DNA from: Nemertoderma westbladi
Taxonomy: Eukaryota > Animalia > Xenacoelomorpha
Assembly: GCA_032718475.1 (NCBI GenBank)
Contig: JAUCBJ010002619.1
Span: 1 to 64,000, forward strand
DNA length: 64,000 nucleotides
Reading direction: 5' to 3'
The notes beneath the pieces were generated by a model. The model saw only the letters and a list, made by a program, of their open reading frames with translations. It was not told the origin of the DNA and searched no databases. Both the position numbers and the translations under genes were made by a program. Positions 28,859 to 39,987 of this stretch are shown here, in pieces. Each line of letters opens with the position of its first letter. The first letter of the stretch is position 1.

Positions 28859-28910
28859 GGGGTAACTCTGCTGGGACTCTCACTGCACTGCAAATCTAGA
28901 GCCTGTAAAA
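28859..28910 (-). repeat. Split direct repeat B2 (52 bp)
   Basis: GGGGTAACTCTGCTGGGACTCTCACTGCACTGCAAATCTAGAGCCTGTAAAA, identical to 29432-29483. Confidence 0.9.
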
Positions 28911-28968
28911 TACCCGTAAGTGCAACACAGTCAGAGTATCAGCAAAGCTAAAGGGTGGGTTGGGTGGG

Positions 28969-29341
28969 TAAAAATAAGTCTTGTACATTTAACAGAAATG
29001 TAAATAGCTAGCCAATATTGTCTTCTGAGCAGAATATTATAGTCAGTCTGAACTATTAATTACTCGCTGTTCTTACCAATATATATCTAAGAACCAATCA
29101 CAGCACAGTGTCAGTCAGCTTTCCTGCTGTGTCTATCTATCGTGGTTACTGGCTCATTACTTCTAATCAGTGCTAACCCAGCCTGCCTACAGCAGGCTAC
29201 CTATAGAGAGGGTTAGGAGTTGCTCTGTCTTGTCGGGCTGTCTTGGTAGTTGCTATGGTTACACCCACCTCTGTATTCTGTTCCTTATAGTAAACCTTAG
29301 CCTTACCAGGTAAAGAGCTTTACTTATACCAAAGACACATT
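28969..29341 (-). repeat. Split direct repeat A2 (373 bp)
   Basis: Matches 36442-36821 apart from a 7-bp duplication (ctgaact) and one substitution seen by eye. Confidence 0.93.
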
Positions 29342-29431
29342 ACCTGGCCAGTCTATGGTTGTTATGACCCTGATCGACTATGACATATCATCTGATATGA
29401 TCATTCAAATGCATTATGTGATGAGTGTTTT

Positions 29432-29483
29432 GGGGTAACTCTGCTGGGACTCTCACTGCACTGCAAATCTAGAGCCTGTAAAA
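29432..29483 (-). repeat. Split direct repeat B1 (52 bp)
   Basis: Identical to 28859-28910. Confidence 0.9.
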
Positions 29484-29640
29484 AACCCCCAAACCCCAGA
29501 AATAAAAAATGTAAGAGAGGATTTCTAGAATGCAATATTTTTCTTATACAGGTAGTTAGGTTTATCTAATGAAATAATAGTTAGGTTTATCTAATGAAAT
29601 AATACAATTTTTTCAATGTTTGTGTTTCGGAATGATAAGT

Positions 29641-29988
29641 TTATTTGTATATTCCCAATAGTGCAATTGTTTTTTGTGCTTCTACTAGTTCTCGATCGTA
29701 CGGTCTAATATATCGTTCGTAGCATGAGCTGCGCCACCTTCCTAGCTTCTGTATGATGGTAGTTGGTAGACCCGCTCTGGACGCTTCTGTGGCAAGTCCT
29801 GACCGGAAACTGTGACTCGAGTATCCTGGCCCTAAAATATCTCTAACCATGCAGTTCACTTTCTGTGCGCGCAATGGTATACCTTCGCAAAACATGAACA
29901 ATTTCATGTTTGGTAACATCACGGAGTCCCGGTATCTAAGGTAAGTTTTGACACGTTTATGTGGACAAAATGCACCCCCTACCTCTGC
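29641..29988 (-). pseudogene. Tyrosine recombinase, C-terminal fragment (N-terminal part deleted)
   Basis: FCPHKRVKTYL...YSSHSFRSGLAT...IQKLGRWRSSCYERYIR contains the HxxR, GRW and catalytic Y of DIRS-type YRs. The first catalytic Arg box is absent. An out-of-frame ATG near 30025 may be the original start. Confidence 0.85.
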
Positions 29989-30370
29989 GGCCTTTGTTGG
30001 ATAGCACAGCCACAGCTTTCGACATGGATAATGAATTACCAGTATGAGTTAGAAATTTTAAGGATGTGTTTATTTACATGCATATAATGTTTATATTAAA
30101 CGCATAACAGCTGTGATATAGTACATAACACAAATTTAAAGTCCTATAGTCTGAATAATATAGACATTAAAACTAAACATAACTAGATATGAAACACACA
30201 GAATACAGTTAGACCATGCATAATAACAATTCATCAACAGATTATTAATACCTACTCAGAGGTTTATTTATAATTGAGTGGGTACGCAATGATAGAACAT
30301 GACTTGTAGTAATATATTAGGTACTTTCTCTTGTGATTATCTACTCCAGTTAGTAGGGAAAGCTGGGTGC

Positions 30371-31534
30371 TTACCCCTGCTGTATGTATTGCTTCCCAAG
30401 AGCTTTCTTTGGCTGAGTCTTGATTGTGGGTATATACGCCCTATCGCGGTTAGAGGATCCTGACTGATAGGCATTGTCATCTCTGCTGCGTTTACTATCA
30501 GGTGCGTTATATCCGTCGTTACGTGAGCTACTTGTCTCTTGAATGTCCGAATCGTCAAAACGACGACGACGGCTGCGACAATCGAAACGATAGTGGCCTT
30601 CACGACCGCAATGATGACATATTACACCCTTACGGAAGCTGTCTGACATGCTTGGACGTGGCTTGTTGAAACCCTTCACAGCTTCCCAGCGTACACAGCT
30701 ACCTAGGTGCTGTTTGTCGCAATTCCTACACTGAGACATGTAGTCATTTCGAAGCGGGTTTCTAAGTGTAAGAGGGCGCCCCCATTCTCCCTTTGCTGCC
30801 TGAACATAGAGTCGATGGTCTCTATCCATTCTTTGAATATACCCAAAGGTATAAATCGGAGCAATCTCTAGAATGTGACGGTAGTACGTCCATATTGAAG
30901 CTGAATCCTCAGGAAACAACTCGCTTTTATAGCTACAGAAGAGCGCTAGACAATTGAGGAGTGACCCTGTCGATTCAAGTTCGGCATTCTTGCCAGGTTT
31001 CCCATTGGTCTCATGGCGCTCCGCCAGTTCAGCTAAATTCACAAATTTATGTTGCACACGTAATTTGTCTATAATTGCTTCATCTAAAGGTCGTGTGCAT
31101 GACAGAATTGCAGGTAAAACCACCTTTGACTTAATCTCAATAAGGCCTGAATTTTCATGTGTCTGAATGTTGCCAGCTGTATGGCCTCCATTTGCGACTT
31201 TAACCATTAGTTCCACCAGTTTATTTAGAGCGGAGGTTTCGTTTAGCTGTTGCAGATTAGCTGCTGAGTGAATAGAATCGATATCTCCACTCGTTGATGC
31301 CGCTTGAATTGGCAGGAACATTTTTAGTCCATCCTTTGACTGACCCATTTCATAATGCACTCCCGTGATTGTTAATGGTTGATCTGTTGTTAATTTCGAT
31401 AAAACGTCGGTGGTCAGTGAGATTTTCTCCCATACTTTCTGATTAGAAGTCTGATTTATAGCCAACTTCTGCCACTCACCGGACTGTAGAGTTTGGCAGA
31501 GAGATCCCACCGGATATGAAACATCAGGATTCAT
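30371..31534 (-). CDS. Gag-like ORF of the YR retrotransposon, with CCHC zinc knuckle
   Basis: 387 aa. The segment IIDKLR..KFVNLAEL...LALFCSY...FP...IWTYYRHI...DRDHR...W resembles DIRS/Ngaro ORF1. CHHCGREGHYRFDC is a CX2CX4HX4C knuckle followed by a basic tail. Confidence 0.75.
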   Translation of the reverse strand: MNPDVSYPVGSLCQTLQSGEWQKLAINQTSNQKVWEKISLTTDVLSKLTTDQPLTITGVHYEMGQSKDGLKMFLPIQAASTSGDIDSIHSAANLQQLNETSALNKLVELMVKVANGGHTAGNIQTHENSGLIEIKSKVVLPAILSCTRPLDEAIIDKLRVQHKFVNLAELAERHETNGKPGKNAELESTGSLLNCLALFCSYKSELFPEDSASIWTYYRHILEIAPIYTFGYIQRMDRDHRLYVQAAKGEWGRPLTLRNPLRNDYMSQCRNCDKQHLGSCVRWEAVKGFNKPRPSMSDSFRKGVICHHCGREGHYRFDCRSRRRRFDDSDIQETSSSRNDGYNAPDSKRSRDDNAYQSGSSNRDRAYIPTIKTQPKKALGKQYIQQG

Positions 31535-31726
31535 AGTTCATGAATATATATCAATTATTATGTTATATATAATATAGCTGTATATGTAGCTTCTCACATA
31601 TCGCTGTGTATACCAAATACCATAATAATGTAATATGAATATATGTGTAATAAAACTATTGTTAGACAGAGGTGAAACTAGTTAAACACAAGGTGATATA
31701 ATCAAATCGGAAATTAAAGAGTGTAA

Positions 31727-32218
31727 TTACTTGGTGCAATCCTTAGGGGTTAGCAATTTTTTAATGTGTTTCCATTCCTGTAAAACTACAGTTGGTTCGT
31801 CCTCCATTTGCGGAAACAGTCGTTTAAACGAATCGATCTTTAATCTGCTTAGCAGATCGGGTCCTAAATTGTCATGGGATCTGATGTGTTGGCAGAAAAT
31901 CATAATGCCGTATCTAGTACAGACTTGCAATAAATATCTAATCAAATCCATGAGGTAGTTATTGCTTGATGCACCCTTGACCATGGCATTCAGGACTGTT
32001 TCACTATCACTGTGTAGTAGCAGCCGTGACCCTGTAAAGGCACGTCCAAATACTGCAGTAGCTAACACAATGGCAGCCATTTCCTTAATGGCTATTGGAT
32101 ATCCACTCACTATGTCATCCGAAAGCTGTAATGCAAACCATTGTTTGCTATGAACCGCTCCTAGCCCATAGCCTGAAGCATCGGTAGCCATATTATGTTG
32201 GCTAGGTTTAATCATGAC
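31727..32218 (-). pseudogene. RNase H domain of the YR retrotransposon pol, separated from RT by a LINE insertion
   Basis: TDASGYGLG...IAIKEMAAI...LHSDSETV...HIRSHDNLGPDLLSR: DIRS-type RNase H with the D-E-D-D catalytic residues. Confidence 0.88.
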
Positions 32219-33549
32219 TACTAGGATCGGCATGCTGCATTGCAGCTGCATTTTTAAGAATGCTGTGCCGGCTTGTCAACAAAATTGCACCGCCACAACT
32301 CCCTATCACCCATGACATTTGCTAGATCATCCGCATCTTTAAGGCCAGTGTCCTTTAAGATGCGTCTCAAGAAAGTCATGGGCTGTCCACCATGCTTATT
32401 CACTCCATGAGGCTGCCAAAGTACAAGATTATGCACTGGCTGGTCCTCACGGCGAAAGCAATGTCCTGCAAAGCGGAGGCGGTTTTGTTCTAGTGTCAAG
32501 CTTGGGGGAACCAATGAGACACCTCCAATGTTATATAGTGTCTGGTTGGAGATGTGTGCATTGTACTTGACACAATGAACCCGGCGTAGCATTCTTGTGA
32601 ATGTGCCATCCAGAGATTTGGTGTCCTCAGCAGTTAGAGCCCAGCATGGACTCCCATAGAGGAGTACTGGAACTACTGCTGCTCTAAATAATCGGACCTT
32701 AAGTTTCCGATTAATTCTCGGTGACTTCCAAATCCTGGAAAGCCTATTCAAGGCTGCCCATGCCTTTCCCTTACGTATTCGAAGGTCCTCACCTGACTTC
32801 CGGATCCATGATCCCAGGTAACAGAAGTCGTCCACATGCTCAAGCATACCATCCTTTGAGCTTATGCTCATCCGATCAGAGACTTGCTGAGGACTTTCAA
32901 AGTTAACGGTCAGAATTTTGGTCTTTCTGGAGTTAATAAAAAGACCAACACTAGAAGCAGCATGTTCTAATGAGCTGAGGAGCCGTTGGGCTCCCTCTAA
33001 TGATTCTGAGAGTACTCCTAAGTCATCAGCAAAGTCTAGATCAGTTAGGTACTTGGCAGGATTTCCTCGACTTCTGGAGCCAGTAGGTGGAGTTATCATC
33101 ACCCCATCATCATTATGATGATCTAAGGACATGCGTAGAACATAGTCAACCACAATAATGAACAAGAATGGTGCAAGTGTGTCTCCTTGGAGGACGCCCC
33201 ATAACACTTCAAATGGTTCTGTGTCACCGTCAACAGTAGACACAAATGTTGTCGAACCATCGTATACTGATCTGATTGCTGCAATAATTTCATCAGGAAT
33301 CCCATATAATGAAAGTATGCTGAACATACGTGAGCGAGAGACTGAATCAAAGGCCTTGAAGAAGTCAACAAAGATAACAGCCAGATGCCTGTCTTTCTTT
33401 TTTGATAATTCTTCAATTATCCTTCTAAGTGCCAAAATGGGCTCCATGGTCCCACGACCTTTACGGAACCCATTCTGATTTCCACGGAGCAGTCTCTCAA
33501 TGGGATCCCTGATGCGATTTAATAGAATCCTATTGTATAGCTTTGCAGC
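32219..33549 (-). mobile_element. 5'-truncated RTE-clade LINE with 9-bp TSD
   Basis: RT motifs QNGFRKGR, FVDFFKAFDSV, GVLQGDTLAP, LDFADD, FCYLGS and C-terminal RLRFAGHCFR. Short 3' UTR ending in a TAG repeat. TSD AATCATGAC at 32210-32218 and 33550-33558. Confidence 0.92.
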
Positions 33550-34825
33550 AATCATGACAGGGTTCTGTAAAGGTGCCCTATGTTGCTCTACACAGTCCAG
33601 AGCCAACTTCCAATAGTCAAGGTCTTCATGCAAGTTGTCTGGAATGCTAATCATCTTTTGCTGATGTGGAACACATGTTGCATCTATCAACCTCCGCAGG
33701 AATGTCCTACTTGCACATACTGCTTTACATAAAAAAGAGAGCCGACCTATACCTTTCTTTCTTATCATCAGGTATAAAAAACTTCATGGTTGACGTGTCG
33801 ATGCCTATACCAAATACAATTTGATGTTTAGCCGGACGGAATAATTTATGTTCATTTAAAGGTATGTTATATCTACTGAACAAGTCTATGACCATGTCTA
33901 AAATGTGGTCTGCAAGGGCAGGCACATCTACTGTAACTATGATAAAATCATCTAAAAGATGATCGACGTCTGCTACTGATGCAAGTGACAACTCTCTTTG
34001 TTCAGTTGCAAGTAATTTCATATGTTCAGCAGGGCAGGTCGTCTCAGAAAGACGCTCATAAATGACGTTTCTCACCAGGGTGCTATAGTTCTGGAATATC
34101 CGACTGGCAGATCTTAACCCGAAAACTAATCTAGTATAAACAAAATAAAAATCTCGCCACTGTATACCTAAGAGATGCCAGTCTAATTTGGAGACTGGGA
34201 TAATCTTAAAGGCATCCTTAACATCCAACTTGGCAATCAGTGCGCCATCACCTGAACTAATTATGTTTCGAACAATCGTATCGATTGTTGTATATGACAC
34301 AGTGGAATCCTCATCCGAAATAAAGCTGTTGACAGTTCCTTTTCTATCATTGGAGAAGTCTACACACAGGCGGGTCTTTTTGCCTGGAATTTGACTGAGG
34401 GTCAGAGGATCAATGACATTTAGAAAAGTGTTGGTTGTAATGTTTGGTAGGGTCAGAAAAGGTCCTTCTAGGTATCCAGAGTTTACTTCCTTCGCAATAA
34501 TGTCATCAACAATCTGTGAGTTGTCGGTGGCTGACTTGTTGTTCTTGCGGTGTATGTAAGTGTTTCGTGGCCCATTATACCCAATACGCACACCTTGGCG
34601 TAACTGTTGCATTAATTCTGAAACCTCTTGCGATTGGGCATGGAAACGTAAATCATCCTCAAGTTTGTCTACATTGATGGGAGTAGATGGGTGTTTTTCT
34701 ATGATGTAACTGCCTTTTCGTATTTTCAAGTGTTGAAATGCCTCTGACGCTATGTTTGCTAGATCGTTTTGATCTATGTAATAAATATGGTCAGCCACTG
34801 TTGAACTCGTGATATCCATTATCAT
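33550..34825 (-). pseudogene. Reverse transcriptase of the YR retrotransposon (frameshift/deletion near 33750)
   Basis: GVRIGY, NNKSA, RLCVDFS...VNSFI, AKLDVKDAFKIIPV...LLGIQW, RLVFGLRSASRIF, LLDDFII, FGIGIDT. Continues in another frame as IGRLSFLCKAV..SRTFLRRL...DLDYW. Confidence 0.9.
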
Positions 34826-35049
34826 ATAATCATTTTAAAAGTCCTATAGAACTAGACTTATAATATCTGATAGCTCTAACTGTTAGTCGCCTACTGGTAA
34901 CTATCTCTATAGCTCAGTAGCTGTACTTATGTTGTATGCCAATATGCACTAATGCACTTGCACTACTGCACTAAATGACTACGCAATATATCAGTGCGCT
35001 TCAAGTATTATTTTCAGATAAATGACAGTAACTCAGCTTCAGTAATACT

Positions 35050-36062
35050 ACAATAGGGCCCAAGTACTGTCCAATATTTTCAAGGCAACAGACCCAAGTC
35101 CAATAAACTACAGTTGTTGGATGCTTGAAAGTGCAGAAGTGCAACAACTCAACTTGTGCAACAGGCTGAAGTCCGGTGAAATGGTTGGTAGACAATGCAA
35201 GAAGTCTACTTGTCTGACTCATGTCCAATAGTTGACAGTGCAATAACTGAATAACTCCTTGGTAAACAGACAAGTCAGCAAGTTTTGTCTATTACTTCAG
35301 TACTTGACAGTGCAATAATAATAATTGCATAGTTGTGCAACAGGCCCGAGTCCCCTGGAATAGTTGGCAGTGCAATAGCGTCACTTTGCTCTTGGACAAC
35401 AGATCCGAGTCCTGTCTAATAGTTGCATCACGATATAACTCCACTTGGGAAACAGGCCCGAGGTCTGTCAAACAATTGACAGTGCAACAACTCCACTCGC
35501 TCATCCAAATACTTAACAGCGCAATACTGCAATAACTCCACTGGCTAACTGGGGCAACAGACCCAAGTCATGTCAAATGCTTGACAGTGCTCTAACTCCA
35601 CTTGGACAACAACTCCAAGTCATGTCCAATACTTGACAGTGCTCTAACTCCACTTGGACAACAACTCCAAGTCCTGTCAAATAGTTGACAGTGCAATATA
35701 TCTACTTGGTCAACAGACCCAAGTCCTGTCCAATACTTGACAGTGCTATAACTCCACTTGGAAATCAAATCCAAGTCCTGTCCAATACTTGACAGTGCTC
35801 TAACTCCACTTGGACAAGAAACCCAAGTCCTGTCAAATAGTAGACAGTGCAATAAATCCACTTGGTCAACAGACTCAAGTCCTGTCCAATACTGTGACAG
35901 TGCTCTAACTCCACTTGGACAACAAATCCAAGTCCTGTCAAATAGTAGACAGTGCAATAAATCCACTTGGTCAACAGACCCAAGTCTTGTCCAATAGTTG
36001 ACAGTGTAATAAATCCACTTGATCTACAGATCCAAGTTGTGTGTAAATAGTTGACAGTCTGA
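35050..36062. repeat. Degenerate 52-bp tandem array with two inverted repeats per unit, in the 5' leader of the YR element
   Basis: TTGACAGTG recurs at 35581, 35633, 35685 and 35737. One unit reads ACTTGGA-caacaac-TCCAAGT-c-CTGTCAA-atag-TTGACAG (35652-35691). Confidence 0.85.
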
Positions 36063-36441
36063 CAGTGAGCAGTGGCAGAGTAATAAATGCGATCACAACG
36101 CAATGTTTACTTATCGTGTATTTACAATATATGGAATGTGTCAGTACAGCAGTATGTGTGTGTGTAAATACAATACGGAGTGGCCTACGCATACACAGGC
36201 TGTATGCAATGGGTATGCGCGTGGTATACTGTAAACGGTATTGTACTGTGACAGACCAAGAGTATACAGGTAAAGCTCATCAAGAAGGGAAAGAGCAAAA
36301 TTGCTCATCAAGCACTGAAGCAGAAATTGTATCAGCGAAATCGAAAGGAATGCTGCAAGTCAGCAAATTCAAACAGAACTGCAGAGAAAATAAATAAAAA
36401 ATCAATAAATATAGGTGTTCAATCTGCAATCTGTTAATCAA

Positions 36442-36821
36442 TAAAAATAAGTCTTGTACATTTAACAGAAATGTAAATAGCTAGCCAATATTGTCTTCTG
36501 AGCAGAATATTATAGTCAGTCTGAACTCTGAACTATTAATTACTCGCTGTTCTTACCAATATATATCTAAGAACCAATCACAGCACAGTGTCAGTCAGCT
36601 TTCCTGCTGTGTCTATCTATCGTGGTTACTGGCTCATTACTTCTAATCAGTGCTAACCCAGCCTGCCTACAGCAGGCTACCTATAGAGAGGGTTAGGAGT
36701 TGCTCTGTCTTGTCGGGCTGTCTTGGTAGTTGCTATGGTTACACCCACCTCTGTATTATGTTCCTTATAGTAAACCTTAGCCTTACCAGGTAAAGAGCTT
36801 TACTTATACCAAAGACACATT
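36442..36821 (-). repeat. Split direct repeat A1 (380 bp), 5' end of the YR element
   Basis: Near-identical to 28969-29341. Confidence 0.93.
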
Positions 36822-37741
36822 CTAGCTTCTGTAGCCAAACTACACTTTATTAAATATATGACACTTAATGCCTAACACTATGTGTATGTCTTGGAAGCAT
36901 AACATTGGATTTTTAGGGATAGTCTCTATATTTTTTTATTGGCTTGAATTTTGATTTCTAACAGCTTGTCTCTATATTTCGCGCAGTTGTAATAAAATTT
37001 ATCCCAATTTCATACCGCTAATAGATATGATGTTTTGGATATTTTGGATGGTTCCACCGAATAGAACATCCAATTTTAGTATACAGTAGAAGAATTACAT
37101 ATGAAGTATAATACTGAAATTTCAAGATATAATTTTTTTAGGCAAAGAAGAGGTTTACAGAGGTTTTTCGACACATAATTTTCTTATACTTTATACTTGG
37201 GTTTCCTGTCGCGATTAAATCGATGCAAATGTAGGCCTACTGCAAGTAATTTTACTGAACTGCAAATTATATGAGGATCAAATAATAGGTATGTAATATA
37301 CAGTAGGCCTATTTTATTTGTATTACACTCTGTATTTGCATAAACTTGCTTTGAATTCTTCATTTTTTTAGATCTATTATGACACCACCTCTTCCAAAAT
37401 AACACAAAATTTATTGACAAGTCTACTTTTTTATGTATTTTTGGATTTACTTTCTCATGTTGTGTATAATTAAATATGTGCTCAATTTTACAATATATAT
37501 GTTAAAGAGCAAAATATCACCTTTCGAATTGAATTATACTTGAATGACAAAAATCCGTTTAGCGGTTCAAATTTGACAACTTTGACCAAAATCTTGGACT
37601 TTTAATTACTTAAAGTGTTACGTGCAATTTACAATTGGGGTGACACTGCTTCGAGTGAAATTTTAATAATCAACGCCTACTGTATAATAACTAAAAATTA
37701 TTTGAAATGATTAGGTATTAATAATTAACAAATAAATTAAT

Positions 37742-38445
37742 AACAGGCATTCCTTTAGGAAACATAGTGGAAGGGTTTACTGTGGAAGATCACCCATGGT
37801 GGTGAACAGACATTACTTTAGGAAACAGAGTGGAAGTGTTAACTGTGGAAGATCACCCATGGTGGTGAACAGGCATTCCTTTAGGAAACATAGTGGAAGG
37901 GTTTAGTGTGAAAGATCACCAATGGTGGTGAACAGGCATTACTTTAGGAAACAGAGTGGAAGTGTTAACTGTGGAAGATCACCCATGGTGGTGAACAGGC
38001 ATTCCTTTAGGAAACATAGTGGAAGGGTTTACTGTGAAAGATCACCAATGGTGGTGAACAGGCATTCCTTTAGGAAACAGAGTGGAAGGGTTTACTGTGG
38101 AAGATCACCCATGGTGGTGAACAGACATTACTTTATGAAACAGATTGGAAGGGTTTACTGTAGAGGATCACCCATGTTTGTGAACAGGCATTCCTTTAGG
38201 AAACAGAGTGGAAGGGTTTACTGTGGAAGATCACCCATGGTGGTGAACAGGCATTCCTTTAGGAAACAGAGTGGAGGGGTTTACTGTGGAAGATCACCCA
38301 TGGTGGTGAACAGGCATTCCTTTAGGAAACAGAGTGGAAGGGTTTACTGTGGAAGATCACCCATGGTGGTGAACAGGCATTCCTTTAGGAAACAGAGTGG
38401 AAGGGTTTACTGTGGAAGATCACCCATGGTGGTGAACAGGCACTC
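37742..38445. repeat. 63-bp minisatellite, ~11 copies
   Basis: Unit AACAGGCATTCCTTTAGGAAACAGAGTGGAAGGGTTTACTGTGGAAGATCACCCATGGTGGTG, translating as a 21-aa repeat. Confidence 0.95.
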
Positions 38446-39067
38446 CTTGGCTTAATGAGCCTAAAAGATTCTCACATTCATTATTTGAAATAAGCAAGAG
38501 ACGAGATTTTATAACAAAAATAATATGTATATATATAATATGTATAATAATAATATTTGTATATTGAGATTATTAATTGGAATAAATTAAATCGCCCTTT
38601 ACGGCCAGGACCAAAATTTATATTTTTTTACTAAAATGCTACTTCTTCGAAAAGTTTTATTTTGTAACTTGTAACCTGATTTTTTTATTTTGATGGTCAA
38701 TTACTTGAAAAAAAATTGAGCAGAATATTTGCTTCCACTTTTTAATGCAAAAGCTGCTGTTTTCTAAATAAATATCAAATTTTCAGAAAAAGCACGGTTT
38801 CTTTTCGTAAAACAAGTTATAACAGCAGAACAAAGCATAAAATGTTGTGAGAGATAGGCCTATCCACCATGTAATGTTACTGTTATATTATATTATATAT
38901 ATAGTTAAATCACTGAGTGAGTGGACCGGGAAGCCACTTAATTATAAAATGTGAACTCAGCCTCTGGGCACTTTTTGTTAGATTTTTGTAAGATTTTTTT
39001 TATAGAAGAAGTCAGATATTTTATTGTTGTTAACCCGCGCATCTAAGTGGGCAACAAAATTTTGAGT

Positions 39068-39987
39068 TTGATCTAGACTTTGCTGATGACTTAGAGTAGG
39101 CCTACTGACAGGATTACTAGGGGACCCAACGGCTCCGCAGCTCATTGGAACAGACTGCTTTTAGTGTTGGTCTCTGTCAACTCCAAGAAGATAAAAATTA
39201 TTTGGAAAGTGAACATTGACAGCCCTAAGGAAATGTTTGATTTATGAGTATAAGCTCTAAGGATGGTGTGATTGAGTATGTGATTTCTGCTACTTGGGGT
39301 CATAGATCCAGAAGCCAGGTGAAGGCCTTCGGATATCTAAGAAGATTGCACGGGGAGCATTTAATAGTCTGTCCAGAATTAAAAAGTCCCATAGAATAAA
39401 ACGGAATCTCAAGGTTCGATTATTTACAGCAGCAGCAGATCCAGTACTCCTCGAAATGGTAGTCCATACTGGGTGGGCTCTAACTGCTGAGAACACCAAA
39501 TCTCGGGAATTTTCGGTAAAATAAACTTATCATTCGAGGTTAAGACCCCTAGATCCCTTCTTATAATAAATGTATAATAACAAACACCTCGAAAAATACA
39601 GCTTGCCAACACATAGTTACTATCAAAAATCTCGGAAAGGCATATACAAGAATTATACGCCGGGTTCATTGTCTCATTCAACCAGACACTATATGATATT
39701 AGAGGTGTTTCATTAACCCCCCCCCCCCCCCAGCTTGACACTTGAACGGAGCCGCCTCCGCTTTGCAGGACATTGGTTTCGCCGAGAGGACCACAAGTGA
39801 ACCATCATGTGCTTTGGCGGCTTCATGGAGTGAATAAGAAAGGCGGGGAGCCCATGACTTTGTTGAGACACCTCCTAAAGGATGAAGTTATTTCTCGCAA
39901 AAGTTTTGGGGGGTGGGGAGTTGTGGCGGCGCAATTTGACGATTTCATGTTTAATACAGCTGCAATGCAGCATGTTGATAGTAGTAG
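39068..39987 (+). mobile_element. Degenerate 5'-truncated RTE LINE of the same family as 32219-33549, in opposite orientation
   Basis: GATCTAGACTTTGCTGATGACTTAG (DLDFADDL) through CAGCTGCAATGCAGCATG..TAGTAGTAG aligns with the reverse complement of ~33045-32219. Many frameshifts, and an unrelated ~150-bp segment at ~39502-39655. Confidence 0.85.

Larger units (their letters stand above)
28859..36821 (-). mobile_element. Tyrosine-recombinase retrotransposon (DIRS order, Ngaro/PAT-type split direct repeats), inactivated
   Basis: In element orientation: A1 (36821-36442), RT/RNaseH, Gag-like ORF, YR fragment, B1 (29483-29432), A2 (29341-28969), B2 (28910-28859). No TSD seen, as expected for YR integration. 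Confidence 0.9.

Noticed and set aside
35050-36062. CRISPR array interpretation of the hairpin repeats or the ~30-bp satellites
   Set aside because: No unique spacers, no cas genes, and the context is eukaryotic with spliceosomal introns.
28969-36821. Conventional LTR retrotransposon with 373-bp LTRs
   Set aside because: No integrase, protease, TG..CA ends or TSD; the extra B repeats and the YR identify a split-direct-repeat element.
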